Positions 1-8,328 of a DNA stretch of 32,000 bases are shown here, piece by piece. Each line of letters opens with the position of its first letter. The stretch's first letter is position 1. The stretch spans positions 2,850,001 through 2,882,000 of the forward strand of contig NC_010814.1 of assembly GCF_000020385.1 (NCBI RefSeq), given 5' to 3'. The notes under the pieces are model-generated. The model was not told where the DNA came from. It searched no databases and worked only from the letters and a program-made list of their open reading frames with translations. The stretch is from Trichlorobacter lovleyi SZ (GTDB lineage: Bacteria > Desulfobacterota > Desulfuromonadia > Geobacterales > Pseudopelobacteraceae). A program made the translations under genes and the position numbers.

Positions 1-186
1 CTGCTGCGGTTTCTGGCCCATCTTGAACAACACGAGCGCCCCGCCTTCCTGCGCAGCCAGATGCTGGCAGGTCTGCACAAGCTGGAACAGGCCTTTGCAC
101 AGCGTTCTGACTGCCCGTGGGCCTATACCATTGCGGCAACCGGCGCGATCTGCGCTGCTGACTGCGAGGAGGTGACGTCATGCTGA
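1..186 (+). CDS. 3' end of an upstream gene truncated by the window edge. Its position fits the nitrate reductase chaperone NarJ.
   Basis: Frame 1 is open from base 1 to TGA at 184-186 (...CPWAYTIAATGAICAADCEEVTSC*). The stop overlaps the narI ATG (180) by 7 nt, which suggests translational coupling. The NarJ assignment rests only on the canonical narGHJI order; the 61 aa visible are not diagnostic. Confidence 0.4.
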   Translation: MLRFLAHLEQHERPAFLRSQMLAGLHKLEQAFAQRSDCPWAYTIAATGAICAADCEEVTSC

Positions 187-863
187 ATACCCTGGTCTTT
201 GTGATCCTGCCCTATGTTGCCCTGACACTGGTGCTGGCGGTCACCCCTTATCGCCTGTTCAGCAACCGTCTGCGCTGGTCGTCCTACTCAACCCAGTTTC
301 TGGAGCGCAAGGCGCTCTACTGGGGGATCAATCCCTGGCACTACGGCATCATTCCGGTGCTGGCAGCCCACCTGTTTGCGGTCATCTTTCCCGAGACTAC
401 CTCCCGACTGGTGGGTGATCCGACCCAGCTGCTGGTGGTTGAAGCCACCGGACTGGGTCTTGGCATCATGGCGTTGGTCGGCAGTCTGATCCTGCTGCTG
501 CGACGGGCCAACGCACCGATGCTGAACAAGGTCACCTTCCGGGCCGACTGGCTGGCGCTGCTGCTGCTCTTGTTCCAGACCGCCAGCGGCATTGCGGTGG
601 CGATCACCAACAGCTGGGGGGCCCAGTGGTATCCTGCCACGGCAACCCCCTACCTGCGCTCGCTGCTGATGCTTAACCCGCAACCGGAGTATCTGATCGG
701 CATCTCCACCATCTTTACCCTGCATGTGGCCGGCGCCTTCCTGCTCCTGGCAGTACTACCGTTCACCAAGCTGGTGCATCTGCTGTTTCTGCCGCTGGAC
801 TTCCTCAAGGACCCGCCGATTCCGTACCGGTGGCATTCCCTGCCGGAAAACGGCAAAGAATAG
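180..863 (+). CDS. narI: Respiratory nitrate reductase gamma subunit (NarI, dihaem b membrane anchor)
   Basis: 227 aa with about 5 TM helices. The N-terminus has the NarI pattern (LPY..L.....YR...W.S.S.Q.LERK). Four His are spaced as the haem-b ligands: WHYGI, AAHLF, LHVAG, LVHLL. NarK genes follow directly. Confidence 0.85.
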   Translation: MLNTLVFVILPYVALTLVLAVTPYRLFSNRLRWSSYSTQFLERKALYWGINPWHYGIIPVLAAHLFAVIFPETTSRLVGDPTQLLVVEATGLGLGIMALVGSLILLLRRANAPMLNKVTFRADWLALLLLLFQTASGIAVAITNSWGAQWYPATATPYLRSLLMLNPQPEYLIGISTIFTLHVAGAFLLLAVLPFTKLVHLLFLPLDFLKDPPIPYRWHSLPENGKE

Positions 864-872
864 AGGCCGCCG

Positions 873-2126
873 ATGGCATCCCAGACCCACAAGCAACTTT
901 CAGTACTGACCGGCAGCACGCTGGCCTTCACGGTCTGTTTCGCGGTCTGGGTGATGTTCTCGATCATCGGTATCCCGATCAAGACTAACCTGAATCTGAA
1001 CGAGACCGAGTTCGGCCTGCTGGCTGCCACCCCGATCCTGTCCGGTTCGTTGATCAGGCTGCCTCTGGGGATGTGGACCGACAAATACGGCGGCCGGATC
1101 GTGTTTCTGGTGCTGATGCTCTGCACGGTGCTGCCGATCTATGTCATCGGTGATGCCACCCGGTATTGGCAGTTTCTGGTGCTAGGGCTGTTTGTCGGTG
1201 TGGCTGGCGGCTCGTTTTCGGTGGGGATCAGCTACGTGGCCCGCTGGTTCAGCAAGGCCCGTCAAGGGTTTGCCATGGGGATTTTCGGTGCCGGCAATGC
1301 CGGGGCTGCCGTGACCAAGTTCGTGGCTCCATCGCTGGTGGCCGCCTACGGCTGGCAGATGGTGCCTAAGGTGTACGCTGTGGCAATGCTGGCCACCTGC
1401 GGCATCTTCTGGCTGCTGACCTATTCTGACCCGGCTCACCGGGTCAGTTCATCAGTCACTATGCGTGATCAACTGCTGGCCCTTAAAGATCCGCGGGTCT
1501 GGCGCTACTGTCAGTACTACGCCATGGTGTTCGGCGGCTATGTCGGGCTGTCGCTCTGGATGACCAAGTACTACATCAGCGAGTATGGCCTCTCAATCCA
1601 GACTGCAGCGTTGGTGGCAGCCATCTTTGTGCTGCCCTCCGGCGTAATCCGCGCCTTGGGCGGTTGGGTCTCGGACAAGCTCGGCGCCCATGCCGTGACT
1701 AACGCCATCCTGTGGATATCATGGGTTTGCCTATTCCTGCTTTCGCTACCCCAAGGGGGCTTTACGGTCAAGACGGTGCAAGGACCGGCGACCTTTGTGG
1801 TGGGCCTGAATGTCTGGGTATTTACGGTGCTGCTGTTTGTGGTCGGTATCGCCTGGGGATTCGGCAAGGCCTCGGTCTTCAAGCATATTGCCGACGAATA
1901 CCCCAAGAACATCGGCGTGATCTCCGGGATCGTGGGCTTGATGGGCGGCCTGGGCGGGTTTGTGCTGCCGATTGTGTTCGGCGCCCTGGTAGATCTGACC
2001 GGCATCCGCAGTTCAGCCTTCATGTTCCTGTTCGCCATGACCTGCCTGTCGCTGGTGCTGATGTTTTTCAGCAGCTCCAGCCGCAAAGGTTCACACAAAC
2101 TTAAAATCGCTGAGATTCTCGAATAA
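873..2126 (+). CDS. narK: MFS nitrate/nitrite transporter, NarK/NNP family (shorter, NarK1-like)
   Basis: 417 aa, about 12 TM. It has Gly-rich NNP signatures (GGRIV, FGAGNAGAAV, GLMGGLGGFVLP). A GAGG Shine-Dalgarno sits 6 nt upstream, and the gene starts 9 nt after the narI stop. Confidence 0.85.
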   Translation: MASQTHKQLSVLTGSTLAFTVCFAVWVMFSIIGIPIKTNLNLNETEFGLLAATPILSGSLIRLPLGMWTDKYGGRIVFLVLMLCTVLPIYVIGDATRYWQFLVLGLFVGVAGGSFSVGISYVARWFSKARQGFAMGIFGAGNAGAAVTKFVAPSLVAAYGWQMVPKVYAVAMLATCGIFWLLTYSDPAHRVSSSVTMRDQLLALKDPRVWRYCQYYAMVFGGYVGLSLWMTKYYISEYGLSIQTAALVAAIFVLPSGVIRALGGWVSDKLGAHAVTNAILWISWVCLFLLSLPQGGFTVKTVQGPATFVVGLNVWVFTVLLFVVGIAWGFGKASVFKHIADEYPKNIGVISGIVGLMGGLGGFVLPIVFGALVDLTGIRSSAFMFLFAMTCLSLVLMFFSSSSRKGSHKLKIAEILE

Positions 2127-2150
2127 CGGAATCAGCACAAGGAGCCTCCC

Positions 2151-3524
2151 ATGGCACGCATACTTAGCACGTGGACACCTGAAGACAAGCAGTTCTGGGA
2201 ACAGGAAGGCAAGGCAGTTGCCTCCCGGAACCTCTGGATATCGATACCGGCTCTGCTGTTGGCCTTCGCCGTCTGGATGGTCTGGTCGATGGTGGTGGTG
2301 AAGCTGCCGGACATCGGCTTCAGCTATACGCCGAACCAGTTGTTCTGGCTGGCGGCCCTGCCGGCGCTCTCCGGCGCTACCCTGCGTATCTTCTACTCCT
2401 TCATGGTGCCGATCTTCGGCGGACGGCGCTGGACCGCCATCAGCACCGCCTCGCTGCTGCTGCCAGCCATCGGCATCGGTTTTGCGGTGCAGAATCCAGG
2501 TACCAGCTACAGCACCATGGTAATCCTGGCACTGCTGTGCGGCTTCGGCGGCGGCAACTTCTCCTCCAGCATGTCCAATATCAGCTTCTTCTACCCCAAG
2601 GCCCAGAAGGGCACCGCACTGGGGATGAACGCCGGGCTGGGCAACCTGGGGGTCAGCACCATGCAGTTTCTGGTGCCGGTGGTAATCACCTTCGGCCTGT
2701 TCGGCTCGTTGGGCGGAGAACCGCAGTTGTGGGTCAAAGGGGTAGTCACCAAGCAGCTCTGGCTGCAGAACGCCGGCTTTGTCTGGGTGCCGTTCATCGT
2801 GATTGCCACCATCGCAGCCTGGTTCGGCATGAATGATATCGCCTCGGCCAAGGCATCCTTCAGCGAACAGGCGGTGATCTTCAGGCGCAAGCATAACTGG
2901 CTGATGTGCTGGCTCTACCTGGGGACCTTCGGCTCCTTCATCGGTTTTTCAGCCGGCTTTGCCCTGCTTACCAAAAAGATGTTCCCGGCTATCGACCCCA
3001 CCCAGTACGCCTTTCTGGGACCGCTCGTGGGCGCGATTGCCCGGCCGATCGGCGGCTGGATCGCGGACAAACTGGGCGGCGCCAGGGTCACCTTCTGGAC
3101 CTTCATCGGCATGGTGCTGGCGGTCTTCGGCGTGCTGGCCTCCATGCCAACAGCCGCGAGCGCCGGCAGCTTTATCATGTTCATGGTTATGTTCATGCTG
3201 CTTTTCACCCTGACCGGCGTTGGCAATGCCTCTACCTTCCGGATGATCCCGATAATCTACCTGACCGAGCATCAACGTGCCGCGACCGGTCGTGATGAGG
3301 CCCAGGTTAATGTCGACGCTGCCAAGGAAGCGGCTGCGGCGCTCGGTTTTGCAGGAGCATTGGGGGCCTATGGCGGTTTCTTCATCCCCAAGAGTTTCGG
3401 TACATCGCTGGCCATGACCGGCAGCCCCAACGCCGCACTGTACGGTTTCATCATCTTTTATGTCAGTTGTATTATCATGACCTGGTGGTATTACAGCCGC
3501 AAGAACGCCCCGATGCCCTGTTAA
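2151..3524 (+). CDS. narK: MFS nitrate/nitrite antiporter, NarK family (longer, NarK2-like)
   Basis: 457 aa. Motifs include FWEQEGK..A.RNLWISIP, GFGGGNFSSSM and AGLGNLGVS, typical of NarK. An AGGAG Shine-Dalgarno is present, and the gene lies 24 nt after the first narK. Confidence 0.85.
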   Translation: MARILSTWTPEDKQFWEQEGKAVASRNLWISIPALLLAFAVWMVWSMVVVKLPDIGFSYTPNQLFWLAALPALSGATLRIFYSFMVPIFGGRRWTAISTASLLLPAIGIGFAVQNPGTSYSTMVILALLCGFGGGNFSSSMSNISFFYPKAQKGTALGMNAGLGNLGVSTMQFLVPVVITFGLFGSLGGEPQLWVKGVVTKQLWLQNAGFVWVPFIVIATIAAWFGMNDIASAKASFSEQAVIFRRKHNWLMCWLYLGTFGSFIGFSAGFALLTKKMFPAIDPTQYAFLGPLVGAIARPIGGWIADKLGGARVTFWTFIGMVLAVFGVLASMPTAASAGSFIMFMVMFMLLFTLTGVGNASTFRMIPIIYLTEHQRAATGRDEAQVNVDAAKEAAAALGFAGALGAYGGFFIPKSFGTSLAMTGSPNAALYGFIIFYVSCIIMTWWYYSRKNAPMPC

Positions 3525-3542
3525 TAAAAAGGAGAGCAGATC

Positions 3543-3980
3543 ATGGAACAGCTTGAAACCTTTCTGCACCAAACCCTGAACGAATCCCAGGACGCCATTC
3601 TGATTGCCGACCGGGAGGGGATCATCCGCTACTGGAATGCCGGCGCCGAGCGGATCCTGGGATTTACTGCCGCCGAGGCAATCGGCCAATCATTGGACCT
3701 GTTTATTCCGGAAAAACTGCGGGGACGTCACTGGGAAGGCTACCATCGGGTGATGGCCAGCGGCGAGACCAAGTATAAGACCGGCCTGCTCTCGTCACCC
3801 GGTATCCGCAAGGACGGCAGCCAGGTCTCGCTGGAGTTCAGCATGGTGCTGTTGCATGACGAACAGGGAACCATGCAGGGCTGCGCCTCGATTATGCGGG
3901 ATGTGACCGAGCGCTGGCTAAAGGAAAAGGAGCTTAAAAAACGGCTGACAGAGTGCGAAACGAAGCTCGTAGCCAGCTAA
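3543..3980 (+). CDS. Stand-alone PAS-domain protein with a short C-terminal coiled coil and no output domain
   Basis: 145 aa. The PAS core reads DAILIADREGIIRYWNAGAERILGF...AIGQSLDLFIP...DGS.V.LEFS...G....I.RDVTER. A GGAGAG Shine-Dalgarno is present, and the gene starts 18 nt after narK2, so co-transcription is likely. Confidence 0.75.
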   Translation: MEQLETFLHQTLNESQDAILIADREGIIRYWNAGAERILGFTAAEAIGQSLDLFIPEKLRGRHWEGYHRVMASGETKYKTGLLSSPGIRKDGSQVSLEFSMVLLHDEQGTMQGCASIMRDVTERWLKEKELKKRLTECETKLVAS

Positions 3981-4892
3981 TCACCATCCCCAGCGCCAGA
4001 GGGCCAGAATCAGGACGATCAGAAACACGATGGTCAGGTTCATGTAGGCCATGGTGTAGAAGACCCGCAGGTGCAGCGGGGTTTTCTCCGCGCGGCTGGC
4101 AAGCAGTTTGCCGACCACCGGCAAGCGCTGTACCCGGTCCTCGTCATGGGGAGCCAGCTTCAGCGCCTCGCCCAGATCCATGCCGGCCTGATGTCGCGCC
4201 ATGTGCTGGCCCTGTTTCCAGAGGGCGCTGGCGGTCGCATCGTAGATCAGGCCGTTGTAGGCAAAGTAGGCTGGTCGCCCATCCCTGCCGTCGCAGGCAG
4301 CAAGCTCGGTACTGGTCATATCGCCGCCCGTAACCGGCGTGGGGGGCGCCTGCATCTTTCGCTTGAGCCGGGGGCCGATCACCGTCACCACCACTGCGGC
4401 CGACGAGACCATGACCAGATACAACCCGACCTTGACCAGCAACAGCAGGCCGAAACGGGTATGCAGCAAGACATCCAGGGAGGGGACACGATAATAGGTC
4501 AACACCAGGCCGGTCAGGCCCATCATGAGCATTGAAAGTATGCCAACCCGTACTTCGCCGCGCGGCAGGCCGCCAGCGGCATAGGCCGGTTTCAGCACCA
4601 GATGGACGTACAGGATCGTACCGAACCAGAGGATGGCGGTCAGCATATGGATGTAACCGACCGCGAACCTGAACCCTTTTGCTGCCGTTGTCATCTGATT
4701 GGGTTGCGACTGGGCCTGCTGCCTTTCGCTGAACGCCTTCCCAAGAGCGGTCAGCTCGCCGCCACCGATGGGATCAGCATGACAGGCAGCACATGTCAGA
4801 CCGGTTTGACGGGCATACTCTTCCGTGGCAAAGCCGGCAACAGGCAACGTAAGCAGCATGAACACAACAATGCAGAACAATGAGCGTTTCAT
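3981..4892 (-). CDS. Membrane protein combining an N-terminal monohaem cytochrome c, a CopD-like 4-TM core and a cytochrome b5-like haem/steroid-binding domain
   Basis: The signal peptide is MKRSLFCIVVFMLLTLPVAGFA, followed by CAACH (a CXXCH haem-c site) and then hydrophobic helices. The later segment LAACDGRDGRPAYFAYNGLIYDATAS..W..G.H resembles the COG4892/cyt-b5-like fold, and there is a final TM helix. I start at the ATG at 4892; the ORF track extends to a TTG at 4928. Confidence 0.65.
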   Translation of the reverse strand: MKRSLFCIVVFMLLTLPVAGFATEEYARQTGLTCAACHADPIGGGELTALGKAFSERQQAQSQPNQMTTAAKGFRFAVGYIHMLTAILWFGTILYVHLVLKPAYAAGGLPRGEVRVGILSMLMMGLTGLVLTYYRVPSLDVLLHTRFGLLLLVKVGLYLVMVSSAAVVVTVIGPRLKRKMQAPPTPVTGGDMTSTELAACDGRDGRPAYFAYNGLIYDATASALWKQGQHMARHQAGMDLGEALKLAPHDEDRVQRLPVVGKLLASRAEKTPLHLRVFYTMAYMNLTIVFLIVLILALWRWGW

Positions 4893-4980
4893 GATATGAT
4901 GAGACCTCTCCGCGCTTGAGGGTGACAACAGGAAAGATCATACTACAAGCCGCGCATCACGCAAGGCGGAAGAGGGGATC

Positions 4981-5514
4981 ATGGCAATGACACCCGGGAA
5001 TGTAAACGTCTATACAGTCGGCCACTCAACCCGCAGCCTCGACGATTTCACAGAGTTGCTGAAGCGGTACGGCATCGGACTCTTGGCAGATGTCCGCAGC
5101 ATTCCTCGTTCCCGTCACACCCCCCAATTCAACGCCGATGACTTGCAGCTCTTTCTACCAACCCAGGGTATCGACTATCAACATCTGAAAGGACTGGGCG
5201 GTCTACGACACAGCCGCGCCGACTCACCCAATACCGGCTGGAAGAATGCCTCTTTTCGGGGATTTGCCGATTACATGCAGACCCCGACCTTTGAGGCTGC
5301 CATCACGGACTTGCTACAACTCGTCACCCGGCACACCGTTGCGCTGATGTGCGTCGAGGCCGTACCCTGGCGTTGTCACCGCTCCCTTATCGCCGATGCG
5401 CTCCTGGTGCGCTGCATCAATGTCATGGAGATATACGACCTTCACCACGCAAAACCCCATACCCTGAACAGCCTGGCACGGGTGGCGGGCACAACCATCA
5501 GCTACCCTCCTTAA
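4981..5514 (+). CDS. DUF488 family protein
   Basis: 177 aa. VYTVGHSTRSLDDFTELLKRYGI..L.DVRS.PRS...PQF and the C-terminal CVEAVPWRCHRSLIAD motif are typical of DUF488. An alternative ATG at 4987 has better spacing to the GAGGGG Shine-Dalgarno. Confidence 0.75.
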   Translation: MAMTPGNVNVYTVGHSTRSLDDFTELLKRYGIGLLADVRSIPRSRHTPQFNADDLQLFLPTQGIDYQHLKGLGGLRHSRADSPNTGWKNASFRGFADYMQTPTFEAAITDLLQLVTRHTVALMCVEAVPWRCHRSLIADALLVRCINVMEIYDLHHAKPHTLNSLARVAGTTISYPP

Positions 5515-5709
5515 CAGTCTCACTTTAAACTAACCGATTTTCAGGAAGCGAATCGGAAATTCATTATAGACAGTATCAACAACTGTTGAAATTGAAGCAG
5601 TAAAAATGGCCTGTTACATGTCAAAGTACTCAGATTGTATTAATTTGGTCCAACTCAATTAAAATGAACACTAAAAGGTGGATGTTGTCATGACCATGCA
5701 CCCCCGTCT

Positions 5710-6216
5710 TTACCAGCGAGTCCCCCAGCCGTTGCAGATAGCTGCCCTTCTACACTTACCATCATCCAGATTAACTAGGGCACAGAAAGAACCGGTATGG
5801 AAGGTATGGCATGGATGTAAGATCAAAGGCAGGTAAAACACGTCACGGTGGCCGACCTTTGTACTCACCCCGGCCTTGATTATGCTGGTGGTTTCCTGGC
5901 AAACCGAAACATCCTTGAAGCATTCCTTACAGTAATCCGGAGAGGCGATTAATTCACCGTTACGCCATATATCGCCGATCTTCAATTTCCCCAGATAGCC
6001 AACCGGTGCGTAAACCTGCTGCTGTTTTGTCCATGATATTTCACGAACACCTGCAGCATCAATATTAGCATCCGGCAATGGGGAAAGTGCGACTCGAATG
6101 GAGGGAGTAGAACGACGGACAAACTGGCTTGGATAACTAATGTCACCAAACCAGTCTATCCGCCAATACTGATCATCTTGCGGAAAGAAGAGTAGCTTAA
6201 TGGTTTTTTGAACCAC
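5710..6216 (-). CDS. Orphan hypothetical protein in an AT-rich islet
   Basis: 168-aa ORF with a GTG start preceded by GGAG 5 nt upstream. GC content is clearly lower than in the flanking genes. I recognised no family. The Cys-rich, GC-richer C-terminal tail (CRRAAICNGWGTRW) may not be native. Confidence 0.45.
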   Translation of the reverse strand: MVQKTIKLLFFPQDDQYWRIDWFGDISYPSQFVRRSTPSIRVALSPLPDANIDAAGVREISWTKQQQVYAPVGYLGKLKIGDIWRNGELIASPDYCKECFKDVSVCQETTSIIKAGVSTKVGHRDVFYLPLILHPCHTFHTGSFCALVNLDDGKCRRAAICNGWGTRW

Positions 6217-6239
6217 GAACGCTCCAAAAGTCTAACCAA

Positions 6240-6281
6240 CTTGTAGATATTATCTAATTATCTTGTAGACAGTCTAATTAT
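6240..6281. repeat. Tandem direct repeat (22 + 20 bp) immediately upstream of the orphan ORF
   Basis: The two units are CTTGTAGATATTATCTAATTAT and CTTGTAGACAGTCTAATTAT, followed by a partial third start (CTTCGAGA). They lie 24-65 nt upstream of the GTG at 6216 and just downstream of the lipA stop. Confidence 0.7.
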
Positions 6282-6311
6282 CTTCGAGAAATCTCAGTAC
6301 GCTTTGTGCTG

Positions 6312-7157
6312 TCATGCGTAGTTTGCCGCATGGTACGAGCTGCGGACATAGGGACCGCTCTCCACATGCCTGAACCCCAGCGCCAACGCCTCATCCCGCA
6401 GCAGGTCAAACTGTTGGGGCGGAATATAGGCCACCACCGGCTGATGCCGTTTGCTGGGGGCCAGATACTGACCCAGACTCAGGTAGCTGCAACCCACCCT
6501 GCGCAGATCCTGCAGCACCGCCCGCACCTCATCCAGCTCTTCACCCAGCCCCAACATGATGCCTGACTTGGTGGGGATGGCCGGCGCACGCAGCGCTGCC
6601 TGCTGCAGCAGGTCAAGGGAACGCTGATAATCAGCCCCTTTACGTACTTCATACAGCCGGGGCACGGTCTCAAGGTTGTGGGCCAGGATGGACGGTTGTG
6701 CAGCCAGCACCGTTGCAAGAGCAGCATGGTCGCCGCCAAAATCAGGCACCAGCAGTTCCACCGCAGTACCAGGTGAGACCTCCCGCACCGCAGCCACCGT
6801 TGCCGCATAGTGGCCAGCGCCGCCATCTGCAAGGTCATCACGGGTGGGGCTGGTGATCACTACATGGGAGAGCTTCAGGCGCAGCACCGCCTCTGCCAGA
6901 CGGCGCGGTTCATCAGCATCCGGGGCCTGGGGACGGGGTGCCTTATCCACGTTACAGAAGCTGCACTGGCGGGTGCAGTCCCTGCCCAGGATCAGAAAGG
7001 TGGCCTGACCGCAGCCGAAACACTCCGCTATATTGGGACACAGCGCCTGCTGACAGACCGTGTTCAGCTTCAGTTCGGACAACAGTCCCCGCATGGCGGC
7101 CTGTTCTCCCTGCGGCACCTTTTTGCGCAGCCATTCCGGCTTGCGTTGGATTTTCAT
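6312..7157 (-). CDS. lipA: Lipoyl synthase
   Basis: Motifs present are MKIQRKPEWLRKK, CPNIAECFG, the radical-SAM CTRQCSFCNV, and the C-terminal SGPYVRSSYHA. I start at the ATG at 7157, which forms an ATGA overlap with the upstream ligase stop. Confidence 0.95.
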   Translation of the reverse strand: MKIQRKPEWLRKKVPQGEQAAMRGLLSELKLNTVCQQALCPNIAECFGCGQATFLILGRDCTRQCSFCNVDKAPRPQAPDADEPRRLAEAVLRLKLSHVVITSPTRDDLADGGAGHYAATVAAVREVSPGTAVELLVPDFGGDHAALATVLAAQPSILAHNLETVPRLYEVRKGADYQRSLDLLQQAALRAPAIPTKSGIMLGLGEELDEVRAVLQDLRRVGCSYLSLGQYLAPSKRHQPVVAYIPPQQFDLLRDEALALGFRHVESGPYVRSSYHAANYA

Positions 7158-7981
7158 GGTTCTTCGCCTTCCAGATTCCAGCAATCAGCCTGGTATTTTC
7201 CTGTCAGCAACTGCGCTGAAACCGCCTGCTCCTGCCCGGTCAATCCAGCGGGCTGCAACACGGCCCCCAACTGCGCGGCAAACTGCTGCACAAGTATCTG
7301 CTTCAGTTGTTCATCCCCAACTGCAATCCCCTCATCCCCCAGACAGGTGGTGGCCTGTTCAAGCCCCTGCGGCCTGATCTTCAGGTACTGCACACCCTGA
7401 CCGACCCGGTTCTGCAGCGGAATCGAGCCATGCTGAAAGATGACCTCCCGCGAGCGACGCTGGGCATTGCCGCCGATCTTGCGGCCCTGCAGCATGATAT
7501 CGTAACTTTCCTTGCCGGCAAAGCAGAGCGGCGTGCGCTGCCCCAGTCTGCTGCCTGCCGGGGCCAGATCAACGGCATAGTCAGCCTGCAGCCCCAGGGC
7601 ACGGTAAAAGCCCAGCAGAAAAGCGGTCAGCACCCGGAAGGAATCCTTCACTGAAGCAGCCGGCGGGATCTGCGAGGGCGCACAGACCAGGCTGTAGGTC
7701 AGCTCATCGGCATGCCAGATCGCCCCGCCGCCGGTGATCCTGCGTACGATGGTCAGGTTGTCGGCCCGGCAACGGGCCAGATCAAGGTCATCCCCGGCCT
7801 TCTGAAAGCGCCCCAGCGACAGCGCGGGCGGTTGCCAGCCGTACAGCCGCAGCACCGGCCGGGAAACAGCCGGATCAAAGCAACGGAAAAGCGCCTCATC
7901 AATCGCCATGTTCTCCCTGCCGCAACAGGGTCCGGTATCAATCAGTCGCCAGAGAGTACCATGTTCATTTTGTCTGTGCAT
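7154..7981 (-). CDS. Lipoate-protein ligase / octanoyltransferase family protein (LplA/LipM-like, BPL_LplA_LipB domain)
   Basis: 275 aa. The sequence NMAIDEALF....PVLRLYGW.PPALSLGRFQ....D...C......IVRR.TGGGAI.H..ELTYS is typical of LplA-family catalytic domains. It has a 4-nt overlap with lipA. Confidence 0.8.
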   Translation of the reverse strand: MHRQNEHGTLWRLIDTGPCCGRENMAIDEALFRCFDPAVSRPVLRLYGWQPPALSLGRFQKAGDDLDLARCRADNLTIVRRITGGGAIWHADELTYSLVCAPSQIPPAASVKDSFRVLTAFLLGFYRALGLQADYAVDLAPAGSRLGQRTPLCFAGKESYDIMLQGRKIGGNAQRRSREVIFQHGSIPLQNRVGQGVQYLKIRPQGLEQATTCLGDEGIAVGDEQLKQILVQQFAAQLGAVLQPAGLTGQEQAVSAQLLTGKYQADCWNLEGEEP

Positions 7982-8328
7982 CTATCCTTATCCTGTCCTC
8001 AGGGACACGCAAAAAAACCAGCGGACTCTTTCACCATGCCAACCGTTGCAGCGCCTGGTTTATACCATGATGGTCGTCAGACGGGAATGCCCCAATAGTC
8101 TCCGGATCACACGGGAATTGCAGCCAGCCTGTCAACAGAGGGCTGGCACAAGGATGGCGCAGGATGATACCACAGTGTCCGGCAGGAAGGAATGCTTGGC
8201 ATCGACGCAGCAAAAACTGGCGACTTTACAAACAGCAACAGCATGGTTATACATCTTTAGACTCCCTGCCCCACCTTAATAGCACCAATGCTCCGCACCA
8301 GAGACGCAAAAAGGAACAGGACGTTCTT

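Noticed and set aside
2091-2894. Long antisense ORFs inside well-supported genes. Examples are 2091-2894(-), 2949-3689(-), 4071-4535(+), 6810-7400(+), 16479-17540(+), 18683-19429(+), 21165-21815(+), 22170-22772(-), 23374-23862(+), 26280-26750(+), 27845-28627(+) and 29682-30188(+).
   Set aside because: These are shadow frames of GC-rich genes. Their products are Arg/Gly/Pro/His-rich and low in complexity, with no Shine-Dalgarno. In each case the opposite strand encodes a protein with clear family motifs.
6240-6281. The tandem repeats as a CRISPR array
   Set aside because: There are only two and a half contiguous units with no spacers, and no cas genes. This is a simple tandem duplication or operator-like repeat.
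8144-8158. Sigma-54 promoter TGGCAC-N5-TGGC, 170 nt upstream of the flavin reductase gene
   Set aside because: The spacing and the -24 box are perfect, but the -12 box is TGGC rather than TTGC. It is a single hit with no enhancer-binding protein nearby, so it cannot be told apart from chance without transcription start mapping.
8164-8328. The N-terminal 55 codons of the track ORF for the flavin reductase, and similar 5' extensions at 12794, 24490, 21854, 7184 and 10051
   Set aside because: The extensions lack Shine-Dalgarno sequences and have atypical composition. Internal ATGs with good Shine-Dalgarno sequences coincide with the start of the recognisable domain or signal peptide.
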